A stretch of DNA of 64,000 bases from Felis catus (taxonomy: Eukaryota). Below, one piece after another: positions 37,095 through 47,699 of the stretch. The DNA lies in contig NC_058368.1 in the NCBI RefSeq assembly GCF_018350175.1, forward strand, positions 64,606,001-64,670,000. Reading direction: 5' to 3'. Both the position numbers and the translations under genes were made by a program. The notes beneath the pieces were generated by a model that saw nothing but the letters and a program-made list of their open reading frames with translations, was not told where the DNA came from and ran no database searches. The stretch's first letter is position 1, and each line of letters starts with the position of its first letter.

Positions 37095-37297
37095 ATTTTC
37101 ATGTTAGCATGATTTATAATGATAAAAATTTGAAATGTGTTCTCAGGCAGGGAAATTTTTACATTACAGCATATCTACAAATATAATATGGTGTAATCAC
37201 TAATATCCTGGTTTGGAAGAATATTTAATGATGTGGAGAAAGTCTCTTGGTGTAAAGTTACTTAAAGAAAAAAAAGTTTGTGTCTGCATATGTGTGA

Positions 37298-37300
<3 letters not shown>

Positions 37301-37331
<31 letters not shown>
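37301..37331. repeat. (TG)n microsatellite
   Basis: Seen directly in sequence. Confidence 0.95.
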
Positions 37332-37334
<3 letters not shown>

Positions 37335-38723
37335 TTCAGAACTTGGTGTATATTTATCATAGAAATATGATTAATGTTGATCTGTAATCAAACATATAAA
37401 ATTGTAGTATTTTTACCTTGGTTATGCAGGCTAATTTGTGTGAGGGTGTGTGTGTGTGCATAATTCTTTTTAAGTTTTTATCTCTTGGCATTTTCCAGAT
37501 CTACTTTGTGCCTATTTATCAGAGAAAACATGTAACAAGGTATGTTACGGTTGTTAGCTCTGAAAAGATTTAGGTCTCTCTGTTTTTGACTTACAATTAA
37601 GGGTGTTGCAAGAGCTATCACATTTAAAATTCTATCTCCAAAGCAGTATGAAGAAAGGTATTCATTTACATTATGTTTCAGCAACTTGTGCACAATCTTT
37701 TAAATGCAAATAGCTGAATGCCTATTTCAAAGTTAAAAAATTAAGGCATTTCTCAAGTACTGATTTACAGTAGTGTGTCAGCACAGTATCTATGAAAGAA
37801 AATTTATCATGCCAGGGAATAATTGAAATTGTTGTTGAAAGGAGTCTGAAAACAACCTTTTTATCTGTGGCTTAAATAAATACTTTTCATTTTGAAGACA
37901 GCTCTAAGTGCCCCATATAGTTCAGGTGATCAGTAAAAGTAGACAACTGACTTCTTCAAGGAGTCTTGATTTTTATTTGGTTTGATCAACTCACAGACTG
38001 TAAATTCTACTGCCAAAGCTAAACATATGCACGGGCTTAGCTGAATTCTTGTATTCCAGGTATTTGGTAAAATATGTTCATGTCACTAGCTTCTTTCAAG
38101 TAGTGTTTATCATCATCTCTCTGATTGCCTAATATAAGTTTACAACCAGTCTCTTAGATGTACTAGTGCATTACGGCCCTCCACAGATATCAGAAACAGC
38201 GACATCTTTGGTAATGAATGTCAGAATCATGGCAGCCTATGAGTATATCGTCTGTCTCCACACCTCATTGCGGACACACCAAGCGAGGAACTCATTCCAA
38301 ACTCTGTAGTCAAACAAACCCTAACATACAAAGTTTGCATGAGTTGCACAAGGAAGGTATTTTAGAAATCCAGACAATTATGAAGACAAATGTCTCTTAT
38401 TTAAGAGATTACTGTCTCAGTCGTTTCTTATTTTCCTTAAAGTAATGTGTCCTCTACTGTGAAAATATTTGAAAGCCTAGGATTTTGAGGATGGAAGGGA
38501 CCAGAAAGATGCTAGTCTCAAGGTTTTTCAAATTAAAAAACATGATATTTGTCTAAAATTACACTGGCAGCTTGTGATGTATTTAGAAGTAGAACTAAAA
38601 TATTTCGACTCCCAATCTGGTGCTAATTCCATTATACTAGGCTAGCTAACCAAATAACTTATTTCCCAAATGAGTCTGTTTAGAGCAACCACAGTTAATT
38701 GTATTTTAAATTGGATTATCTAG

Positions 38724-39005
38724 TCTTCTCTCCAGCCTTTCCCATTCCTGCCCTCCTTCCCCTTCCTTCTTTCTTTTTCATTTCCCTCCCCACTCCCGTC
38801 TCCCTTCCCCCCTTCCCCCCTTCCCCCCTTCCTTCCTTCCTTCCTTCCTTCCTTCCTTCCTTCCTTCCTGCCATCTATCCATCCATCTCTCCATCCATCT
38901 CTGCCTGCCTCTCTTTCTTCTCTTTCTTCCTACTTACCTATCTTCCTTCCTTCCTTCCTTCCTTCCTTCCTTCCTTCCTTCCTTCCTTCCTCATTTTCCT
39001 CTTTT
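38724..39005. repeat. Polypyrimidine tract with two (CCTT)n blocks
   Basis: (ttcc)n at ~38828-38868 and ~38942-38991. Confidence 0.95.
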
Positions 39006-39607
39006 ATACCCTTTTTTGCCCCAATATCTAAGCAACAATGTTACTCAACATTGTTATTTACCTTAGTAAGTATGCCACTTCCTTTTCATATGACATTTGT
39101 ATGACATCTTCTGTATTGTTTTCTCTTGCCCAACCATTGATTTTTGGAAGAATGTATGTCAGAGCTGGTTATTAGTTACTATTCTTTATTTCCTTAGTTC
39201 ATCTGTGTAAATTTAGTCTTTAGTCAAAGAGGCAAAAAGATCAGAAAGAATGAAATGATTTGAAAGAGATTGACAGTAATATTCTTTGGTGATTTTTCTA
39301 GATTATAATAGAAATAAATCTTTTCTCCCAGAGTGCACTTTTAAGGATGTTATATCATCTATTTTAGATTAATTACCATTGATGTTCATATTCATTATGT
39401 AATAGTGTATGGATTATTGGGGCCTTGTCACACTCTAGTAGCTGTAGAATAATGTTTTGTTGGAATATATTAAACAAAATAAACTCTCCATGATGCTGAT
39501 ATCTATTAATCAATACAAATACAAAAAGCATCATCACTAATAATAAGACAGCCTATTTGAAGAAAGTCATTTTAGGCAAAAGTGTTAGGTAGCAGTTTTC
39601 TCTTCTT

Positions 39608-40053
39608 AATTTTTTAAAAAAGTTTATTTTGAGAGAGAGAGAGAGAGAGAGAGAGAACAAGTGCGAGACAAACAGAGGCAGAGAATCTCAAGCAGGATCC
39701 TCACTGCCAGTGCAGAGCCCCACATGGGGCTTGAATTCAGGAACCATGAGATCATGACCTGAGCTGAAATCAAGAGTCAGACCCTGGGGCGCCTGGGTGG
39801 CGCAGTCGGTTAAGCGTCCGACTTCAGCCAAGTCACGATCTCGCGGTCCGTGAGTTCGAGCCCCGCGTCAGGCTCTGGGCTGATGGCTCGGAGCCTGGAG
39901 CCTGTTTCCGATTCTGTGTCTCCCTCTCTCTCTGCCCCTCCCCCGTTCATGCTCTGTCTCTCTCTGTCCCAAAAATAAAATAAAAAACGTTGAAAAAAAA
40001 ATTAAAAAAAAAAAAGAGTCAGACCCTGAACCGACTGAGCCACCCAGGTGTCC
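39608..40053 (-). mobile_element. Older SINEC split by a nested young SINE
   Basis: Body 39608-39785; head resumes at 40014-40053. Confidence 0.93.
39786..40013 (+). mobile_element. Young felid SINE nested antisense in an older SINE
   Basis: Perfect TSD aagagtcagaccct at 39772-39785 and 40014-40027; CpGs intact. Confidence 0.98.
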
Positions 40054-41169
40054 TTCTCTTTGTCTTATAACACAAACATAAAAATAGTTATTAAGTATTT
40101 CTCTAACTGAATGAAGTATGTGTTAGGATGTTAAATGAATACAAAAATGAATAAGATAATAGTAGTCTTATAAGTATAAACAAGAATTGTGAATTAAAGA
40201 TAGCATATAACTTGTTTTACAAAAGAAATATTAGTGTTTGGTGATGGGGTTGTGAAAATTTAAGTTACTTTTTTATGACTGATACTTAGTAATGCTGTTT
40301 ATAATTGCATTTAAAGTTGATGTAGTATATATTTATGAAATTTGACCCATTTGCAAATACATGGAGTATGTTATTTGGTTGATTTGACTAGCCTGGTTTT
40401 GGAAGGGCCAGAGCATTTGCAATGGGGCCAGTTCAAAAGTAGTGGATTTGATTGATTAGGAAAAATGGAGGGATGTTTGGTGGAAGAACTTTTTATTTAA
40501 CAGAAGGTAAAGGAGTGATTACTTGTGTCCAGTTAGGTGAAGTTTAGAGGTTGGGAGGCTTACGGGAATGACTTAGAGGGTGGGTGGCTTAGAGGGTGGG
40601 TGGCTTACAGGGAATTCCAACTCATGAAGCTCCCTTCAGACATCATTGAACCAGAATAAGCTGGTTTTAAAACATAGAAGTGGAGACTTACAGAAACACT
40701 CGTGGAAACTTTTTGACCCTCATATTAGAAATAATAGATAAAGATTCAAGTAAATAAGGACATATGCATATGGTGCATTGTGGTGTTATTAAAATAATAT
40801 TTATAGAGTATATAGGAGAGTATAGAGAAATTCTGAGGTCACAACATTGAATACAAAATAAAATATGATAAAAATAGGTTAGTAACCACAGTATATATTT
40901 TTAAAATATTCCTTAAATACCTGTAAGATAGTACAGGAAAATGTAGATGTTGAATCCTTAGTGAGTTACCATGGTGTTTGACAAGGTAGGACATGATGGA
41001 TGGTTTTGTATCTAATTACTTTCTAGTGTTTTTGAAATAATATGTAGCAAATATGTTATTTTTATGGAGAGAATAATAATTTAAAAACCTAAACTTAGAT
41101 GGAAGAAAATATGCAATTTAAGAAACAAAATCTTCAATGTATTACATTAATATAAAGTTAATGAATTAG

Positions 41170-41915
41170 TTGTTTGAATATTCTTTTTTGATGGTCTGCC
41201 CGTTAAATTCGTTTTGTTCAACTTTATTGGATGTTCTACATTTTTCTTATTTTAGATATGAATTATATTGTTAATATTTCCTAATGGTGCCTTTTCGTGA
41301 ACAATAGTTCTTAATTTTAATGAAGTCTAATTCATTTTCCTTTATGGATCGTGTTTGTGAAGAATGTCCTTGCTCATCCCAAGATCATGAATATATTCTC
41401 CCATGCTTTTTTCTCTTTCTTTATATTTCACACATCTGCCTACAAACCCAGATAAAATTCATTTTTTGGGTCCTGTAAATAAGAGATCAAGGTTCATTTT
41501 ACATTTTTAAACATATCCAGTTGGTCATATCTGCTTCCAGTCAAATGACTAAATATTTGTAGGTCTGTCTCTGCACTCTATTCTGTTCCACTGACTTGTT
41601 TCCCTAAATTTGCACCAAAAACATGTTGTTTTGACTCCTGTCAAATAAATAATAAATCTTTATATCAGATATATAAATTCTGCAACTTTATTACATTTAA
41701 AGATTATCTTCACAATTCTTAGTTAACTTTGTATTTCATAAATGAGAAATTCAATTTTCCTAACAAAATTAACAAACAAGTAAAAACATCTTCTCTGATT
41801 TTGATTGGGATTGCATTAAATCTGTAGATCAGTGTAGCCAGAATTGACCTGACAGTGTTGAATATTCCAGTTCATGAACAAAGCATCCCTTCAGTTCTTC
41901 ATGTTCTTCTTAATA
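41170..41915 (-). mobile_element. Ancient L1 ORF2 fragment
   Basis: gttcttaattttaatgaagtc; gattttgattgggattgcattaaatctgtagatca; ttccagttcatgaaca. Confidence 0.75.
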
Positions 41916-42039
41916 CTCTCGGGCGGGGGGACAGGAGGGTTATATTTCTACACTTGGCATGTTATATTTCAACCAAAAGGAGAAAAAGAAAGAAATGGCA
42001 TAATATGTACTAATATTACATAATAGTAGCCAGTAAGAG

Positions 42040-42270
42040 TAAATATTTATTGAGCATTTACAGTGTGTCTGACCTTGTGTTTCTGTTCACTCTCACTCTA
42101 CCATTTCATTTTCACTACAATGTTATAAGTAAATGCTTTGATAATTCCTGTTAAACTGATGTAAATCTGAGATTGGATAAGTTATATGACCTATGGGTAT
42201 AGATCACACAGCTGGCTTGTGATAGTAACAAGATGAAATCCACCTTTGCCTTATGGGAAAGTCCATGGTC
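42040..42270 (-). mobile_element. MIR remnant
   Basis: atatttattgagcatttacagtgtg...gatcacacagctgg. Confidence 0.65.
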
Positions 42271-42837
42271 TTAAAACCTACACCATAGTTTCCAGTGAAC
42301 TCAACCTCTGTACTTTTATAATGCGCACTATAACAATGGGTGGATTTTTGCTAATGGTGTTTATTGCTAATTGCATTTATAAAAATAAATAGTCTTTCTG
42401 ATAAAAAATGTTTGGGAGAGAGAGTATGATGTGTTAGGGGATGCTAAATAAAGTATAAAGTGTTCTAGCCCTGCCTTGCTCAGGTACCAAGAGTCAAGGA
42501 TGAGCATTTGAACTGCTTTTTTTTTTCCTTATTGGGTTTTTTGTGTGTAGCATGGGAACCATAATTCCTAATCTACTTTCATCAGCAACTATTGAGACTA
42601 TTAAATTATGTGTTTAGGTGAAAATACTTTAATAGCTCTTTAGAGCTATTTTCTTTAGAAAATACATCATTGCTTTGAAAGCCCATTTCTTTAATACATG
42701 TTACAAATATATTTGGAATATGTAAAATGTATTTTTTTGCCCCAGATTCAGTACCTCTTCCATCAATTTATTCTTACTAATTATATAGGAGGGGGGGAAA
42801 GTAAGGTTTTTGCTGTCTTTGTGTTTCCTATTGAAAA

Positions 42838-42962
42838 CAGTGACCGTATATCCTGGTTTGCCTTGGACAGTCCAGGTTAATTCTTATTTCCCCAGTATAA
42901 TGATTAAAAGAACCTACTGTAACTCTAGTCAGGAAAAGGTAAAAAATATATATGGATGTCTT
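42838..42962. mobile_element. hAT-Blackjack MITE (MER94/MER81-like)
   Basis: gtgaccgtatatcctggtttgccttggacagtccagg resembles the Blackjack terminal motif as I recall it. Confidence 0.6.
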
Positions 42963-43685
42963 AGCATTAGGTAACGGTTTGCCTTTTCTTTTCTTTTTTT
43001 TTTTGAACAAAGACTAAAATGTATTTAAATTTGCCTTTTTCAATGTATTTTACTTGAACAACTTCCAAAAAGATGTTAACACTGCTTCCATATATTTTTT
43101 AATTGACTTAATCCTCAGTGTTATTTTGCAACCAGGCTGCAATTTATTTTTGTTGCATAAAAATGCAGCTCATAAGTGTATTTAAAGTATTAGATTTATC
43201 AATTTCCATATACATATCAAAATATGTACTATTCCTAGTTTGCTGGGGTGTTTTGTTTTGCTTTTTTTTTCTTTTTTTAAACCTAGACTGCCAAACTTAA
43301 ATTTCAAAATGGTAGACAGAAGTACTTTTGATGTAGTGAGCACGTATAGAAGTAGACAGGAGAAGACTGTTTGGCCATACTGACTAATGCCACCATCAAT
43401 TTACCCAAGTTGGATTGGAAGAAAGGTTGCTGGGTTTACTTCAGTTTTTCATAATGTCAAGCTCCCTTGGTAGCCTTGCTTAGTATTCCCATAACCACCT
43501 GTCTGGTTGTGGTGTTAAGGGTAAACAAGTGTTTGAAAGGAACTAAAACCTGGGAACAAACTCAGTTTCTTTGCCTCATCACAGAGCCACAGGGACTCTT
43601 GGAAAACACATTAACATTTCATAAAATAGTGGGTTTTTTTAACATTTTTATAACTATAAAGACCCATTTTTGGGGTTGTCTCATA

Positions 43686-43978
43686 TTTTTATTATTTTTT
43701 AAGTTTTTTTTGGGGGGGGAGGAGAGAACACGTGCATGTGCACATGAGTTGGGGAGGGGAGGAAGGGGAGAGAGAATCCCAAGCAGGCTCTGTGCTGTCA
43801 CCACAGAATCCAATGTAGGGCTCGATCCCAGGAACTGTGAGATCATGACTTGAGTAGAGATCAAGAGTTGTATGCTTAACCAAATAAGCCACCCAGGCAC
43901 CCCCCCTTTTTTAAAGTTTATTTATCAGAGAGACAGAGAGAGCACACACAGGGGAGGGGCAGGAGAGAGGGGGAGAGC
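43686..43978 (-). mobile_element. Tandem SINE pair (full SINEC 43686-43903 plus 5'-truncated SINEC 43907-43978) inside one TSD
   Basis: Perfect 15-bp TSD tggggttgtctcata at 43671-43685 and 43979-43993. Confidence 0.92.
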
Positions 43979-45414
43979 TGGGGTTGTCTCATAGAGAGTT
44001 TATCATTATTCAAGGAATATTTAAATTTACCCTCTTGCCAGAATGGAACAGCATAATCTATGTGACAATTTCTTAAGTGATAGGATTTGGGCTTTATTGT
44101 TGTTGATTTTGTTATCTTTTTTCCCTCCCTCAGTTTATATCCATCTCACATCCTAAAGGTGTTAGGGTTTTGGTTTTTCTTTTCCAGGCTATGTTTTGAA
44201 TAATGCATGGGCTATTTGGTCCTTCCCTCTGTTTGGTTCTCTTGAAGCAGCGCCTCACAAATTGTATGTTTTCCTAGTAACGAAGCAGAATTTGCTTTTT
44301 AATCCTTGTTTTTGTCATTTAATGAACATTTAGGAGGAAGGTTACATTCATTGTTTGAACTGAAATCACTAATGTGAAACAGATTTCATTTCCTTATAGT
44401 TCAAGCATTAAAAAAATTGTTTTAGGGTGATCTGATCATGAAGTTTTTTTTTATTTATGTGAATGGAGAGGGGAAAGAATATATTTTCTCTTTGAGAGTC
44501 TAGAAATTTCTCATTTCAAAGATAGTCTAGCCTGATGATCCTAGGTGTATTTACATCTGGGAGACATAAATAGATGTTAGTGGGTTTTTGTTGTAGTTGT
44601 TTTTGGTTTGTTTGTTTTCATTTATGTTTTTGTTTTGTTTTTTTTGTTTTTTAATGAGAAAAGAGCATTTAGATTGAAAGGGAAATGTTAGTGTGAGTGA
44701 AACTGAGTTGCAATTTCTTATGGAGAAAAGAAGAGAGGAAGATGGCCAAAAAAAATAATAAACATAATAGAATCAGTCAAGGAAAGTATTAGTTCTAAGT
44801 ACTTGAGAAGACAATTTAACTCTAAGGAAACATTTTATGTTTGAATGACATTACTCAGAATCTTCTGCTATTTGGAAAGTGACCCGATGATAAGTCCTGA
44901 TGTCAGTGCTGACACTTGGGGAATTTTTACCTGCTTATTCCCAGCTGTCTTAGTCACTGGAGGCAGATGTGGAAGGAAGACAGTCCCCTTCAGTGACTAG
45001 CTGACATCACCAGAGAAACTCAAGATGAGCTGTCAGGAATCAAATAGCAGAGTTTTAAAGGAATTCTGTTTTTACACATTATGAACTTGCCAACCTTCAG
45101 ACTGGATAAATTAATCATGCTCTGATAGGGTAGCCCCAGACAGCCAACCTTTGAGCATCTCTTCTTTTCTATAATCGATACAGCAATTTAGCATTTAAAC
45201 CTGCCTCCAGGCTATAGGGCATAAAAGTCATTGTGAAAATCTTTGTATTCTATTTATAATTCTTTGTTGATAATGTGAAATGATTTTTTGTAAAAAGAAA
45301 TCCCAAAATAAAAATGCAAATTATTGTTACTGCTATTATTTGTTATAATCAACTTAAATGACAATATCATTTTTATAATTCACAATTATCAATTAAAATG
45401 ACAGTTATTTTTTT

Positions 45415-46755
45415 TCAATATATGAAGTTTATTGTCAAATTGGTTTCCATACAACACCCAATTCTCATCCCAAATTCTTCCAGGTTGTCCAATTTGTTGG
45501 CATATAATTTTTCATAGTATTCCCTGATAATTGTTTGTATCTCTGAGGGATTGGTTGTAATAATTCCATTTTCATTCATGATTTTATCTACTTGGGTCAT
45601 CTCCCTTTTCTTTTTGAGAAGCCTGGCTAGAGGTTTGTCAATTTTGTTTATTTTTTCAAAAAACCAACTCTTGGTTTCGTTGATCTGCTCTACAGTTTTT
45701 TTAGATTCTATATTGTTTATTTCTGCTCTGATCTTTATTATTTCTCTTCTTCTGCTGGGTTTAGGCTGCCTTTGCTGTTCTGCTTCTAGTTCCTTTAGGT
45801 GTGCTGTTAGATTTTGTATTTGGGATTTTTCTTGTTTCTTGAGATAGGCCTGGATTGCAATGTATTTTCCTCTCAGGACTGCCTTCGCTGCGTCCCAAAG
45901 CATTTGGATTGTTGTATTTTCATTTTCGTTTGTTTCCATATATTTTTTAATTTCTTCTCTAATTGCCTGGTTGACCCACTCATTCATTAGTAGGGTGTTC
46001 TTTAACCTCCATGCCTTTGGAGGTTTTCCAGACTTTTTTCTGTGGTTGATTTCAAGCTTCATAGCATTGTGGTCTGAAAGTATGCATGGTATAATTTCAA
46101 TTCTTGTAAACTTATGAAGGGCTGTTTTGTGACCCAGTATATGATCTATCTTGGAGAATGTTCCATGTGCACTCGAGAAGAAAGTATATTCTGTTGCTTT
46201 GGGATGCAGAGTTCTAAATATATCTGTCAAGTCCATCCGATCCAATGTCTCATTCAGGGCCCTTGTTTCTTTATTGACCATGTGTCTAGATGATCTGCCC
46301 ATTTCTGTAAGTGGGGTGTCAAAGTCCCCTGCAATTACCACATTCTTATCAATAAGGTTGCTTATGTTTATGAGTAATTGTTTTATATATTTGGGGGCTC
46401 CGGTATTCAGCACATAGACATTTATAATTGTTAGCTCTTCCTGATGGATAGACCCTGTAACTATTATATAATGTCCTTCTTCATCTCTTGTTACAGCCTT
46501 TAATTTAAAGTCTAGTTTGTCTGATATAAGTATGGCTACTCCAGCTTTCTTTTGGCTTCCAGTGGCATGATAAATAGTTCTCCATCCCCTCACTCTCAAT
46601 CTAAAGGTGTTCTCAGGTCTAAAATGAGTCTCTTGTAGACAGCAAATAGATGGGTCTTGTTTTTTTATCCATTCTGATACCCTATGTCTTTTGGTTGGCA
46701 CATTTAATCCATTTACATTCAGTGTTATTATAGAAAGATACGGGTTTAGAGTCAT
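45415..46755 (-). CDS. Truncated L1 ORF2p (446 aa): APE-like endonuclease and PIP-box region, no RT, 19-aa tail from the 3' UTR
   Basis: Open frame from [18 protein letters not shown] (ATG at 46755); motifs [27 protein letters not shown] and QTIIREYY; ends ...[26 protein letters not shown]. Expression unknown. Confidence 0.8.
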   Translation of the reverse strand: MTLNPYLSIITLNVNGLNVPTKRHRVSEWIKKQDPSICCLQETHFRPENTFRLRVRGWRTIYHATGSQKKAGVAILISDKLDFKLKAVTRDEEGHYIIVTGSIHQEELTIINVYVLNTGAPKYIKQLLINISNLIDKNVVIAGDFDTPLTEMGRSSRHMVNKETRALNETLDRMDLTDIFRTLHPKATEYTFFSSAHGTFSKIDHILGHKTALHKFTRIEIIPCILSDHNAMKLEINHRKKSGKPPKAWRLKNTLLMNEWVNQAIREEIKKYMETNENENTTIQMLWDAAKAVLRGKYIAIQAYLKKQEKSQIQNLTAHLKELEAEQQRQPKPSRRREIIKIRAEINNIESKKTVEQINETKSWFFEKINKIDKPLARLLKKKREMTQVDKIMNENGIITTNPSEIQTIIREYYEKLYANKLDNLEEFGMRIGCCMETNLTINFIY

Positions 46756-46805
46756 TGTGATGTCTGTATGTTTTATGCTTGTAGTGATGCCTCTGGGACT
46801 TTGTC

Positions 46806-47699
46806 TCACAGGGTCCCCCTTAGGATCTCTTGTAGGGCTGGTTTAGTGGTGACAAATTCCTTCAGTTTTTGTTTGTTTGGGAAGACCTTTATCTCTCCTT
46901 CTATTCTAAATGACAGACTTGCTGGATAAAGGATTCTCGGCTGCATATTTTTTCTGTCTAGCACCCTGAAAATCTCGTGCCAATTCTTTCTGGCCTGCCA
47001 AGTTTCAAAAGAGAGATCAGTCACGAGTCTTATAGGTCTCCCTTTATATGTGAGGGCACGTTTACCCCTTGCTGCTTTCAGAATTTTCTCTTTATCCTTG
47101 TATTTTGCCAGTTTCACTCTGATATGTCGTGCAGAAGATCGATTCAAGTTACGTCTGAAGGGAGTTCTCTGTGCCTCTTGGATTTCAATGCCTTTTTCCT
47201 TCCCCAGATCTGGGAGTTCTCAGCTATTATTTCTTCAAGTACACCTTCAGCACCTTTCCCTCTCTCTTCCTCCTCTGGAATACCAATTATGCATATATTA
47301 TTTCTCTTTAGTGCATCACTTAGTTCTCTAATTTTCCCCTCATACTCCTGGATTTTTTTTATCTCTCTTTTTCTCAGCTTCTTCTTTTTCCATAATTTTA
47401 TCTTCTAGTTCACCTAGTCTCTCCTCTGCCTCTTCAATCCAAGCCGTAGTTGTCTCCATTTTATTTTGCAGTTCATTGATAGCATTTTTTAGCTCCTCCT
47501 GGCTGTTCCTTAGTCCCTTGATCTCTGTAGCAAGAGATTTTCTGCTGTCCTGTATACTGTTTTCAAGCCCAGTGATTAATTTTATGACTATTATCCTAAA
47601 TTCATTTTCTGTTATATTGTTTAAATCATTTTTGATCAGTTTGTTAGCTGTTGTTATTTCCTGGACATTTTTCTGAGGGGAATTCTTCCGTTTCGTCAT
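46806..47699 (-). pseudogene. L1 ORF1 with two compensating frameshifts and an intervening stop
   Basis: N-terminal coiled coil (47340-47699) and C-terminal part (46806-47147) are in the same frame. An apparent +1 in the A8 run at 47353-47360 and -1 near 47215 expose TGA at 47340. Confidence 0.88.

Noticed and set aside
45551..46417. Plus-strand hydrophobic ORFs opposite L1 ORF2
   Set aside because: Antisense shadows of the A-rich ORF2 coding strand.
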